Assembly (NCBI RefSeq): GCF_003790525.1
Contig: NZ_CP033635.1
Length of the DNA stretch: 64,000 nt
Strand: one strand, 5' to 3'
DNA from: Escherichia coli
GTDB taxonomy: Bacteria; Pseudomonadota; Gammaproteobacteria; Enterobacterales; Enterobacteriaceae
In this document: piece by piece, positions 49,101 to 57,675 of the stretch
Layout: every line of letters starts with the position of its first letter
How positions within the stretch are numbered: the stretch's first letter is position 1
The notes under the pieces: model-generated
Told to the model about the DNA's origin: nothing
The model's database searches: none
What the model saw: only the letters and a program-made list of their open reading frames with translations
Translations under genes and position numbers: made by a program

Positions 49101-49247
49101 TTCACCGAAGACGCTAACAGTTTTACCTTTTACAGGTGAGTAAAACTGTTGCTCGGGAATACCAAAGATTGAGCGTTGTTGTTGGTATTCATCAAATATG
49201 CGCGTCAAAAGTTCCTCAAACGGAATGGGACGCATAATATCCCCCAT
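46149..49247 (-). CDS. ygfK: Large Fe-S/FAD oxidoreductase YgfK (putative selenate reductase component)
   Basis: 1032-aa ORF MGDIMRPIPFEELLTRIFDEYQQ with SD ggagag; Cys clusters and GAGPAGL NAD/FAD fold. Confidence 0.88.
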   Translation of the reverse strand: MGDIMRPIPFEELLTRIFDEYQQQRSIFGIPEQQFYSPVKGKTVSVFGETCATPVGPAAGPHTQLAQNIVTSWLTGGRFIELKTVQILDRLELEKPCIDAEDECFNTEWSTEFTLLKAWDEYLKAWFALHLLEAMFQPSDSGKSFIFNMSVGYNLEGIKQPPMQQFIDNMMDASDHPKFAQYRDALNKLLQDEAFLARHGLQEKRESLQALPARIPTSMVQGVTLSTMHGCPPHEIEAICRYMLEEKGLNTFVKLNPTLLGYARVREILDVCGFGYIGLKEESFDHDLKLTQALEMLERLMALAKEKSLGFGVKLTNTLGTINNKGALPGEEMYMSGRALFPLSINVAAVLSRAFDGKLPISYSGGASQLTIRDIFDTGIRPITMATDLLKPGGYLRLSACMRELEGSNAWGLDHVDVERLNRLAADALTMEYTQKHWKPEERIEVAEDLPLTDCYVAPCVTACAIKQDIPEYIRLLGEHRYADALELIYQRNALPAITGHICDHQCQYNCTRLDYDSALNIRELKKVALEKGWDEYKQRWHKPAGSGSRHPVAVIGAGPAGLAAGYFLARAGHPVTLFEREANAGGVVKNIIPQFRIPAELIQHDIDFVAAHGVKFEYGCSPDLTVEQLKNQGFHYVLIATGTDKNSGVKLAGDNQNVWKSLPFLREYNKGTALKLGKHVVVVGAGNTAMDCARAALRVPGVEKATVVYRRSLQEMPAWREEYEEALHDGVEFRFLNNPERFDADGTLTLRVMSLGEPDEKGRRRPVETNETVTLHVDSLITAIGEQQDTEALNAMGVPLDKNGWPDVDHNGETRLTDVFMIGDVQRGPSSIVAAVGTARRATDAILSRENIRSHQNDKYWNNVNPAEIYQRKGDISITLVNSDDRDAFVAQEAARCLECNYVCSKCVDVCPNRANVSIAVPGFQNRFQTLHLDAYCNECGNCAQFCPWNGKPYKDKITVFSLSQDFDNSSNPGFLVEDCRVRVRLNNQSWVLNIDSEGQFNNVPPELNDMCRIISHVHQHHHYLLGRVEV

Positions 49248-49568
49248 AACCCTCTCCTTAGCTTATACAGATATCATTGAGTGACCGGTGTTGAGAAATC
49301 CGGTGGTTTAGGGGGATAGAGCAACAATCGCACCACTCTTGCCAGGTTTGGCGGGAAATATAAAAAAATGTGAGGCGGCTCGAAACTTAATGGCTTTTTG
49401 TGAATGAACTCACAGGTGCCAAATGAGAATTAAAATCACTCCTGAAAATTATTATTGCCAGCACATTTATCACTTTTTCTCTTTTCTCAAAATCAGTGAT
49501 TCCTTATCATTATGATAAAGAGTGCAGGAGGGATTAAATATTTGAACGCAATCGTTTAACTACGTTTT

Positions 49569-50147
49569 CTAAATTTCAGTATACCTTTTCTTCGCTGTAA
49601 TAAAGTCGTCAGGAGTATCAATATCTAAAATTATTTCTGCATTTTCTATTTCGACGGAATAATGTTCTCCCATAAGGAGTGCCTGACGCATATTGGTGAC
49701 ATTGGGTCGCTGGATTGCCTGCATCAGGCATGGTTTTGACACTAAAATCGGATGGCCGGGGATGCCATTATGGAGTGGCAGTATTGCGCCATCATTTCGT
49801 AACGACCAGATTTTTCTAAAAATATCGATGGTGAGGGTTGGCATATCTCCGTGGGTGAGAAAACAATGTTCTGTTTGCACCGCGGGTACTGCGGCCTTTA
49901 CTGATGTCAGTAAACCCTGCGCATAATCTGGGTTGTGGATAATAGTGATATTGCTCTGGTTCGCATAACGTTCGTGCAGTTCATTACCACGATAGCCGGT
50001 GACTAAAATAATTCGGCTACAAAACTGCAACGCATTTTTGATACTTGTATCAAGAATTGTTCCCTGTTGCCAGGGTAACATCATTTTCCATTGCCCCATT
50101 CTTGATGATAATCCTGCGGCGGTAATTATACAGTCGATGGCTGACAT
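49569..50147 (-). CDS. mocA: Molybdenum cofactor cytidylyltransferase (MobA-like NTP transferase)
   Basis: 192-aa ORF MSAIDCIITAAGLSSRMGQWKMMLPW. Confidence 0.85.
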   Translation of the reverse strand: MSAIDCIITAAGLSSRMGQWKMMLPWQQGTILDTSIKNALQFCSRIILVTGYRGNELHERYANQSNITIIHNPDYAQGLLTSVKAAVPAVQTEHCFLTHGDMPTLTIDIFRKIWSLRNDGAILPLHNGIPGHPILVSKPCLMQAIQRPNVTNMRQALLMGEHYSVEIENAEIILDIDTPDDFITAKKRYTEI

Positions 50148-50250
50148 AGTGATTCCATTATTTACAGGAGCTAATAACGCCTGATAATTGCGTTACTTCC
50201 TGATGGATTAAGTTGAGGGTAATTTATCCCAGAGAGGTCCATAAAGACGC

Positions 50251-51021
50251 GTGAAAAGTATAATTGACCCATCGGCATTATTCATTGATTTAGGCGCGCA
50301 GAAACGTCCCACTGTGATTTCTGTTGTTGGGGCTGGGGGGAAAACCAGCTTGCTTTTTTGGCTGGCAGAACTGCTCCAGGCTAGCGGCAGGCGTGTGTTA
50401 ATCACTACGACGACACATATGTTTATGCCAACGTCTCACTGGCCCGTGGTTTTCTGTCGTGATCCCGCCATGCTTCCTCATGCGTCTTTTATATCCCCCA
50501 TTTTATTTTGTTTTCACAGCTGGAAAGCGAACCAGGGAAAAGTGCAGGGATTTACGCCAGAAGCGATTGATGCACTGGTGCAACGACCAGAGTGTGACGT
50601 AATTCTCATTGAGGCAGATGGCTCGCGTGGAATGCCGTTAAAAGCGCCTGATGAGCACGAACCTTGCATACCTAAAAGCAGTTGCTGCGTGATTGCTGTG
50701 ATGGGAGGACATATTTTGGGTGCGAAAGTGAGCACAGAAAATGTCCATCGCTGGTCGCAGTTTGCTGATATTACTGGGTTAACACCTGATGCACCCTTGC
50801 AACTGAGCGATCTCGTTGCGCTGGTTCGCCACCCTCAGGGGGCGTTTAAAAACGTACCGCAAGGTTGTCGGCGAGTCTGGTTCATTAACCGTTTTTCTCA
50901 ATGTGAGAATGCGATTGCGCAAAGCGAGCTCCTTCAACCGCTGCAACAACACAACGTAGAGGCAATCTGGCTGGGCGATATACAAGAACATCCTGCAATC
51001 GCGCGCAGATTTGTGAATTAG
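50251..51021 (+). CDS. yqeC: Selenium-dependent molybdenum hydroxylase system accessory protein YqeC
   Basis: 256-aa ORF with GTG start and P-loop-like VVGAGGKTS. Confidence 0.8.
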   Translation: MKSIIDPSALFIDLGAQKRPTVISVVGAGGKTSLLFWLAELLQASGRRVLITTTTHMFMPTSHWPVVFCRDPAMLPHASFISPILFCFHSWKANQGKVQGFTPEAIDALVQRPECDVILIEADGSRGMPLKAPDEHEPCIPKSSCCVIAVMGGHILGAKVSTENVHRWSQFADITGLTPDAPLQLSDLVALVRHPQGAFKNVPQGCRRVWFINRFSQCENAIAQSELLQPLQQHNVEAIWLGDIQEHPAIARRFVN

Positions 51022-51068
51022 CGGCCCGGGTATTCCGGGTTACTGAAAGGATATCCATTGAGGTTGGT

Positions 51069-52694
51069 ATGAATATTTTCACAGAGGCTGCAAAACTCGA
51101 AGAACAAAATTGTCCGTTTGCGATGGCGCAAATTGTTGATAGCCGAGGCTCAACCCCCCGCCATTCTGCACAAATGTTAGTGCGCGCCGATGGCTCTATC
51201 GTCGGTACAATTGGTGGCGGAATGGTTGAGCGGAAGGTGATTGAAGAGTCGCTTCAGGCATTGCAGGAACGTAAGCCGCGATTATTCCATGGACGTATGG
51301 CTCGTAACGGTGCGGATGCTGTCGGGTCAGATTGTGGAGGTGCAATGTCAGTATTTATCAGCGTCCATGGTATGCGTCCACGTCTGGTGTTGATTGGCGC
51401 GGGGCATGTCAACCGGGCGATAGCCCAGAGTGCGGCGCTATTAGGATTTGATATCGCCGTTGCCGATATTTATCGCGAAAGCCTCAATCCTGAACTATTC
51501 CCACCATCAACCACGCTTCTCCATGCTGAGTCGTTTGGTGCGGCAGTGGAAGCACTGGATATTCGCCCTGATAATTTTGTCCTGATTGCCACGAATAATC
51601 AGGATCGTGAAGCCCTCGACAAACTCATTGAACAACCCATTGCATGGCTGGGGTTGCTGGCAAGTCGCCGCAAGGTTCAGCTTTTCCTGCGCCAATTGCG
51701 TGAGAAAGGCGTGGCTGAAGAACATATTGCCCGTTTACATGCGCCCGTTGGTTACAACATAGGTGCGGAAACGCCGCAGGAGATCGCCATCAGCGTGCTG
51801 GCAGAAATATTACAGGTGAAAAATAACGCGCCGGGTGGGCTGATGATGAAGCCTTCTCATCCTTCCGGACACCAGCTGGTGGTGATTCGCGGTGCGGGGG
51901 ATATCGCCAGTGGTGTAGCGCTACGTCTGTATCATGCGGGTTTTAAAGTGATCATGCTGGAAGTGGAAAAACCGACAGTGATTCGTTGTACCGTGGCATT
52001 TGCCCAGGCCGTGTTCGATGGCGAAATGACGGTCGAAGGCGTCACCGCCCGCCTGGCAACCAGCTCTGCGGAGGCGATGAAACTTACCGAACGCGGATTC
52101 ATCCCTGTGATAGTAGATCCCGCCTGTTCATTGCTTGATGAACTGAAACCGCTTTGCGTGGTGGACGCTATTCTGGCGAAACAGAATTTGGGAACGCGGG
52201 CAGATATGGCACCAGTAACAATCGCGCTTGGGCCGGGCTTTACTGCAGGGAAGGATTGTCATGCGGTAATTGAAACAAATCGCGGGCACTGGCTCGGTCA
52301 GGTGATTTACTCTGGTTGTGCGCAGGAGAATACCGGTGTTCCTGGCAATATTATGGGGCATACCACCCGACGGGTGATCCGTGCTCCTGCTGCAGGCATT
52401 ATGCGATCCAACGTGAAATTAGGCGATCTGGTGAAAGAGGGCGATGTGATTGCCTGGATTGGTGAGCATGAAATTAAAGCACCGTTGACGGGGATGGTGC
52501 GTGGCTTGTTGAACGACGGACTGGCAGTGGTCGGTGGTTTTAAAATTGGTGATATCGATCCTCGTGGTGAAACGGCTGATTTCACCAGCGTTTCTGATAA
52601 AGCCCGGGCGATTGGCGGCGGCGTACTTGAGGCGTTAATGATGTTGATGCATCAGGGCGTTAAAGCGACAAAAGAAGTGCTGGAAGTGGCTTAA
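51069..52694 (+). CDS. yqeB: XdhC/CoxI-family maturation protein YqeB (selenium-dependent molybdenum hydroxylase system)
   Basis: 541-aa ORF MNIFTEAAKLEEQNCPFAMAQIVDSRGSTPRH. Confidence 0.85.
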   Translation: MNIFTEAAKLEEQNCPFAMAQIVDSRGSTPRHSAQMLVRADGSIVGTIGGGMVERKVIEESLQALQERKPRLFHGRMARNGADAVGSDCGGAMSVFISVHGMRPRLVLIGAGHVNRAIAQSAALLGFDIAVADIYRESLNPELFPPSTTLLHAESFGAAVEALDIRPDNFVLIATNNQDREALDKLIEQPIAWLGLLASRRKVQLFLRQLREKGVAEEHIARLHAPVGYNIGAETPQEIAISVLAEILQVKNNAPGGLMMKPSHPSGHQLVVIRGAGDIASGVALRLYHAGFKVIMLEVEKPTVIRCTVAFAQAVFDGEMTVEGVTARLATSSAEAMKLTERGFIPVIVDPACSLLDELKPLCVVDAILAKQNLGTRADMAPVTIALGPGFTAGKDCHAVIETNRGHWLGQVIYSGCAQENTGVPGNIMGHTTRRVIRAPAAGIMRSNVKLGDLVKEGDVIAWIGEHEIKAPLTGMVRGLLNDGLAVVGGFKIGDIDPRGETADFTSVSDKARAIGGGVLEALMMLMHQGVKATKEVLEVA

Positions 52695-52699
52695 ATGAA

Positions 52700-52733
52700 A
52701 ATGGCCGGATGGTATTACCCATCCGGCCTTTAA
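52700..52733. terminator. Bidirectional terminator hairpin between convergent yqeB and yqeA
   Basis: ggccggatgg-tatta-cccatccggcc hairpin flanked by A/T runs. Confidence 0.5.
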
Positions 52734-52734
52734 A

Positions 52735-53667
52735 TTACTGACAAATCACCGTTCCGGTTTTGCCTTCAATCCCTTCTTTCGCTTTGCTCAATACGGTAAT
52801 CAGTGCTTCACGACCTGCGCGAGAGCGAGCAAACGAGGCGGCAGCTTCCACTTTAGGCAGCATAGAACCTTTCGCAAAATGACCTTCTTCGATAAAGCGT
52901 TCAGCATCACTTAACGACAGGCGATCGAGCCACTGTTCATTCTCTTTTCCGAAGTTAATGGCCACTTTTTCTACCGCAGTCAGAATGATCAGCATATCGG
53001 CATCGATCATTTCTGCTAAACGGGCGCTGGCCCAGTCTTTATCGATAACCGCGCTGGCACCACGCAGATGGTTACCTTCACGAATAACAGGGATACCACC
53101 ACCGCCAACGGTGATCACCACCTGTCCGGCATCTACCAGCGCTTTAACCGTTTCTTTTTCAATGATATCAACCGGTTTTGGCGAAGCAACGACACGACGA
53201 TAGCCGCGACCAGCATCTTCTTTCAGGGTGTAGCCCTGTTTTGTCAGTTGCTCTGCTTCTTGCTCGGTAAAGAATGAACCGATCGGCTTGGTCGGGTTGA
53301 GGAATGCCGGGTCGTTAGCATCGACTTCGACCTGGGTAACCAGCGTTGCTACAGGTTTATTAATGCCCCGAGAAAGCAGTTCTTCTCTTAAAGCGTTTTG
53401 TAGATCGTAACCAATATAACCCTGGCTTAATGCAACACAGACAGACATCGGCAGCATTGGCGAGTGCGCTTCAGTTTTTGCGGCAGCTTCAAAGGCCTGG
53501 TTAATCATGCCCACCTGCGGCCCGTTACCATGAGTGACGATAACTTCATGTCCCTGGGCAATTAAATCAACAATTGCCTGAGAAGTAATTTTTACCGCTT
53601 TCATTTGTCCGGCCAGGTCATCGCCCAGCGCATTCCCGCCCAGGGCGAGAACAATTTTCTTACTCAT
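52735..53667 (-). CDS. yqeA: Carbamate kinase-like protein
   Basis: 310-aa ORF MSKKIVLALGGNALGDDLAGQMKAV, amino-acid kinase fold. Confidence 0.88.
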   Translation of the reverse strand: MSKKIVLALGGNALGDDLAGQMKAVKITSQAIVDLIAQGHEVIVTHGNGPQVGMINQAFEAAAKTEAHSPMLPMSVCVALSQGYIGYDLQNALREELLSRGINKPVATLVTQVEVDANDPAFLNPTKPIGSFFTEQEAEQLTKQGYTLKEDAGRGYRRVVASPKPVDIIEKETVKALVDAGQVVITVGGGGIPVIREGNHLRGASAVIDKDWASARLAEMIDADMLIILTAVEKVAINFGKENEQWLDRLSLSDAERFIEEGHFAKGSMLPKVEAAASFARSRAGREALITVLSKAKEGIEGKTGTVICQ

Positions 53668-53714
53668 TTTTCCTCACTCATCATTCTTGATTGTGTATAG
53701 ATCCCTGGCAGTGG

Positions 53715-55100
53715 TTAGAGCACGGGAGGGACAAACGGTTTGCGTCGCAGGAAACGACCTCGCCCGGCTTTGCCTGTAAAGGTGCCGTCACAGAAAATCG
53801 TTTCACCACGGGATAAGGTTCTGACAATCGCGCCCTGACAGGTAAAACCCTCCCATGGCGAGTAGTCGGCGTTGTCGTGGAGATGGCGATGCTGAATTTG
53901 TTGGCTCTGACGTGGGTCGATAATCACCACGTCGCCATCGGAACCGGGCGCTAATAATCCTTTTTGCGGCCACAGGCCAAACAGCCTGGCGGGCATTGCG
54001 CTGGTTAATTCAACAAAGCGTTCCGGTGTTATACGTCCCGTCATTACGCCACTGGAAAACAGTAACTGCATGCGGTTTTCCACACCGGGTAAGCCATTTG
54101 GGCAGCGACTGAAATCGCCTTTAGAAATTTGCAGGCGTTGAGCCATCGAGAACGTGCAGTGATCGGTCGCTACCACGTCAATCGCACCATCGCTGATGCC
54201 ACACCACAGTTTGTCCTGCTCGCGTACGTTACGCAGCGGTGGGCTAAGAATGAACTTCATGCCATCTTCTGTATCGTAACTGCGTTCGTCCAACAGGAGA
54301 TATTGTGGGCAGGTTTCAACCCAGACTGGCTGGTGATTCGCACGGGCAAGACGCAGATAATCCAGACCTAAGCCGTTAGACAGGTGCACGATATAGAGCG
54401 GGGCGTTACCGGCAATTTGTGCCAGGTTAATCATGCGGGCGATGGCTTCCGCTTCGCATTCCAGAGGGCGACTCAAGGCGTGATAGCGCGGCGCGGTTAA
54501 CCCTGCGGCGATAAACTCCGCCCGCTTGCTGGCGATAGCCGCATCATTTTCCGGGTGCACGGTGGTCAGCGCGCCGGATTCATGCAGACGGCGTAATGCC
54601 TGCAACACTTCATCATCGTTGAGTTTGTATTGATAGGTTAAATAGAGTTTAAAACTGCTCAGCCCTTCCTCGACCATCATCGGGATTTCGTCGAGGATGG
54701 CGTGATTAATGTGCTGGATCACACCGTGAAAGCTGTAGTCGATGACCGCCTTATGGGCGGCATAACCACGATAAACCTCCAGTTGATGGCGTAACCGGCA
54801 GCCATTCGGGCCAAATCCCATATGGTCAATAATGGTTGTTGTACCGCCACACGCAGCTGCGCGGGTACCGGTAAAAAAATCATCACAACTGCGCGCGATG
54901 CCGACATCAATATTGAAATGCGTATGGACATCCACGCCGCCAGGGAAAACGTAACAGCCAGTGGCATCAATTTCTTCATACGGGAGCTGCGGCGAAATAT
55001 TGTTGCCCAACTGGCGAACAATCCCGCTTTCAATCAGCAAATCCTGTTTGGCTTGTCCATCTGCGTTAACGACAGTGCCGTTTTTGATCAATACGCGCAT
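53715..55100 (-). CDS. hyuA: D-phenylhydantoinase (cyclic amidohydrolase/dihydropyrimidinase family)
   Basis: ORF track 465 aa; trimmed to MRVLIKNGTVVNADGQAKQDLLIESG (461 aa) with SD ggag; metal-binding HTH motif. Confidence 0.85.
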   Translation of the reverse strand: MRVLIKNGTVVNADGQAKQDLLIESGIVRQLGNNISPQLPYEEIDATGCYVFPGGVDVHTHFNIDVGIARSCDDFFTGTRAAACGGTTTIIDHMGFGPNGCRLRHQLEVYRGYAAHKAVIDYSFHGVIQHINHAILDEIPMMVEEGLSSFKLYLTYQYKLNDDEVLQALRRLHESGALTTVHPENDAAIASKRAEFIAAGLTAPRYHALSRPLECEAEAIARMINLAQIAGNAPLYIVHLSNGLGLDYLRLARANHQPVWVETCPQYLLLDERSYDTEDGMKFILSPPLRNVREQDKLWCGISDGAIDVVATDHCTFSMAQRLQISKGDFSRCPNGLPGVENRMQLLFSSGVMTGRITPERFVELTSAMPARLFGLWPQKGLLAPGSDGDVVIIDPRQSQQIQHRHLHDNADYSPWEGFTCQGAIVRTLSRGETIFCDGTFTGKAGRGRFLRRKPFVPPVL

Positions 55101-55110
55101 AGCAAACTCC

Positions 55111-55135
55111 AAAAACCCTCCGGCGAACCGGAGGG
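55111..55135 (-). terminator. Intra-operon Rho-independent terminator/attenuator between ygeY and hyuA
   Basis: Minus strand reads ccctccgg-ttcg-ccggaggg followed by ttttt, then the hyuA SD and ATG. Confidence 0.5.
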
Positions 55136-55152
55136 GAATAAGTGAAGAGTAA

Positions 55153-56364
55153 TTATTCGGTTGCCAGCCAGCTTAACGGGATTGCAGCGTACATCGCGGC
55201 ACAGGTCACCAGGTGAGATTTCCAGGTTTTTTCGTTAGGTGCATGCGCTTCAGGTTCTTTACCCGGGCCAAAGCCGATCACCGGAATGCCGTGACGGCCC
55301 ATGATAGATACGCCGTTAGTTGAGAAGGTCCACTTATCAACAACCGGCGCTTTGCCAAACAGCCCTTCGTAGGCATTCACCAGTGCTTTAACGGTGAAGT
55401 GATCTTCTTCCACTTTCCAGGTCGGGAAGTAGCATTCGGTTGGGTAAACCAGGCCAGTCCAGGACGGACGGTCGTAGTTGTACATAGAAACAACCGCGTT
55501 AGCTTTCTGTACTGCAGGCAGGGCGCGGATTTCGTCCAGCGCGCCTTCCCAGGTTTCGCCCCAGGTCAGACGGCGGTCAATAGAGACGGCGCAGCTATCT
55601 GCTACAGCGCAACGGCTTGGGGATGTGAAGAAGATTTCAGAAACGGTGAGGGTGCCTTTGCCGAGGAATTCGTCATAACCCAGACGTTGGGAGAGTTCTT
55701 GTAATTCGCCAAGAATCGGACCCATTTTGAAAATGGCGTTGTCACCGCGTTCTGGTGCAGAACCGTGGCAGCTAACACCCTGAACATCAATACGAATTTC
55801 CATACGACCGCGCTGACCACGGTATACCTGGCAGTCGGTTGGTTCGGTACTGACCACAAATTCCGGGCGAATGCCGGATTGTTCAATAATGTACTGCCAG
55901 CATAGGCCGTCGCAGTCTTCTTCCTGCACAGTACCGGTAACCAGCAGGGTATATTCATCTTCCAGACCGAGGTCTTTAATGATTTTACCGGCATAAACCA
56001 TAGATGCCATGCCGCCTTCCTGGTCGGAAGTACCGCGACCACCGATCAACTCATCAGTTTCCATGCCTTCGTACGGATCGAAGTCCCAGTTTTTGATGTT
56101 GCCAATGCCGACGGTATCGATATGAGCGTCCATTGCCACCAGACGCGGGCCGTGGCCGATATAACCGAGAACGTTGCCCATCGGGTCGATTTCAACTTTA
56201 TCGAAGCCGACTTTTTCCATCTCTTCTTTAATACGATGTACTACGCGTTTTTCGTCGCAGCTTTCACTGGGAATAGCAACCATGTCGCGCAGGAAGCGAG
56301 TCATGTCCGCCTGGTAATCTTTTGCTTTTTCAAGAATCAGTTTGAATGGAATATTCTTAGCCAT
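55153..56364 (-). CDS. ygeY: M20-family peptidase/deacylase (ArgE/DapE-like)
   Basis: 403-aa [38 protein letters not shown]. Confidence 0.88.
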
Positions 56365-56421
56365 TATTTTTCTCCAGATTTTTTACTCCCCGTTTTGCAG
56401 GGAGCAGTTCCAATAGGGTGA

Positions 56422-57618
56422 TTAAGGTGCTACAGCGTGTTTGCCTTCCCAGACAACTTCGCGGTAGTGCTTCACGTCTGTGTCGCCTTCAGTGCTGATA
56501 ACCAGCACTACGGCATCTTTGTTCAGCGCCAGTTTTTCCATCAGGCTTTGACGTTGCGGGTGATAATGAACCGCTGCGAGAACGCCCAAACCGACAGCGC
56601 CGGATTCACCGGAGATGATGCGCGGGTCGTTGCCGTACGGATTACCCAGCACGCGCATACCTAATGCGGCAACGCTGTCCTGGCAGGAGATGAATTGGGT
56701 GGCGCAGTTACGTAGGATTTCCCAGCCCAGCGGGTTAGGTTCGCCACAGGCCAGGCCCGCCATGATGGTGGCCATATCACCGCCAACGTTGACGATGTCG
56801 CCTTTGACGCCGGAGCGATAAATACAGTCAGCTTTGTCAGGTTCAACAATAATGCTGTGCAGATTTTGCGGGCTGTAGACGTCGACCAGATAACCCAGCA
56901 CACCACCGGCCATTGCACCGACACCAGCTTGCAGCAGAACGTGTGTCGGGGTTACGCCCATTTCACGCATTTGCTCGACGGCTTCATCTGCCAGTGTTGC
57001 GTAGCCTTGCATGATCCAGGTTGGGATTTTGGTGTAACCTTCCCATGCTGTATCCTGTACCACTTCCCAGCCGTGCTGCTGCGCGTGTTGCATGGTCAGG
57101 CGAACGGTATCGTCATAGTTCATATCCGTGACGATGCACTCGGCACCGAGGTTCAGAATGGCGTCAACGCGTTCCTGAGCAGAACCTTTCGGCATGTAAA
57201 TCACCGCATTCTGTCCGAGTTGCTGTGCTGCCCATGCCACACCGCGCCCGTGGTTGCCGTCGGTGGTGGTCGCGAAGGTCATTTTTTCGCCGATGGCATT
57301 TTTCAGATGCTCAAATGACAGCGTTTCGATATCAAGATGATATTTTTCACACAATAATTGAGCGATGGCGTACGCACCGCCGAGCATTTTGAAGGCGTTC
57401 AGACCGAATCGTTTTGATTCGTCTTTGACGAGAATTTTCTTCACACCAAAAAGGTTTGCGAGATCGTCCAGCGCACAAAGCGGTGTTGGGCGATAACCAG
57501 CAATTTTCTGGTGGAACTGGCGCGCCAGTTTGGCCTGGCTTTGCGAAAAGAGCGGTGATGTTTCGCCGTTGAAAAATTTGTTATCGGCGATATCAATCTT
57601 CAATGAGAAAACGGACAT
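56422..57618 (-). CDS. ygeX: Diaminopropionate ammonia-lyase (PLP-dependent)
   Basis: 398-aa ORF MSVFSLKIDIADNKFFNGETSPLF. Confidence 0.88.
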   Translation of the reverse strand: MSVFSLKIDIADNKFFNGETSPLFSQSQAKLARQFHQKIAGYRPTPLCALDDLANLFGVKKILVKDESKRFGLNAFKMLGGAYAIAQLLCEKYHLDIETLSFEHLKNAIGEKMTFATTTDGNHGRGVAWAAQQLGQNAVIYMPKGSAQERVDAILNLGAECIVTDMNYDDTVRLTMQHAQQHGWEVVQDTAWEGYTKIPTWIMQGYATLADEAVEQMREMGVTPTHVLLQAGVGAMAGGVLGYLVDVYSPQNLHSIIVEPDKADCIYRSGVKGDIVNVGGDMATIMAGLACGEPNPLGWEILRNCATQFISCQDSVAALGMRVLGNPYGNDPRIISGESGAVGLGVLAAVHYHPQRQSLMEKLALNKDAVVLVISTEGDTDVKHYREVVWEGKHAVAP

Positions 57619-57675
57619 ATCCTATCCTTTTGGCCTCTGGAAATAGAGGGCCGACCAGCTGATCGGCCCGAGGGG

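Noticed and set aside
49411-49430. Possible sigma-54 promoter upstream of ygfK (GTGCCA on the plus strand)
   Set aside because: On the minus strand the spacing and -12 element (TGGCAC-N7-TTCA) do not fit the -24/-12 consensus.
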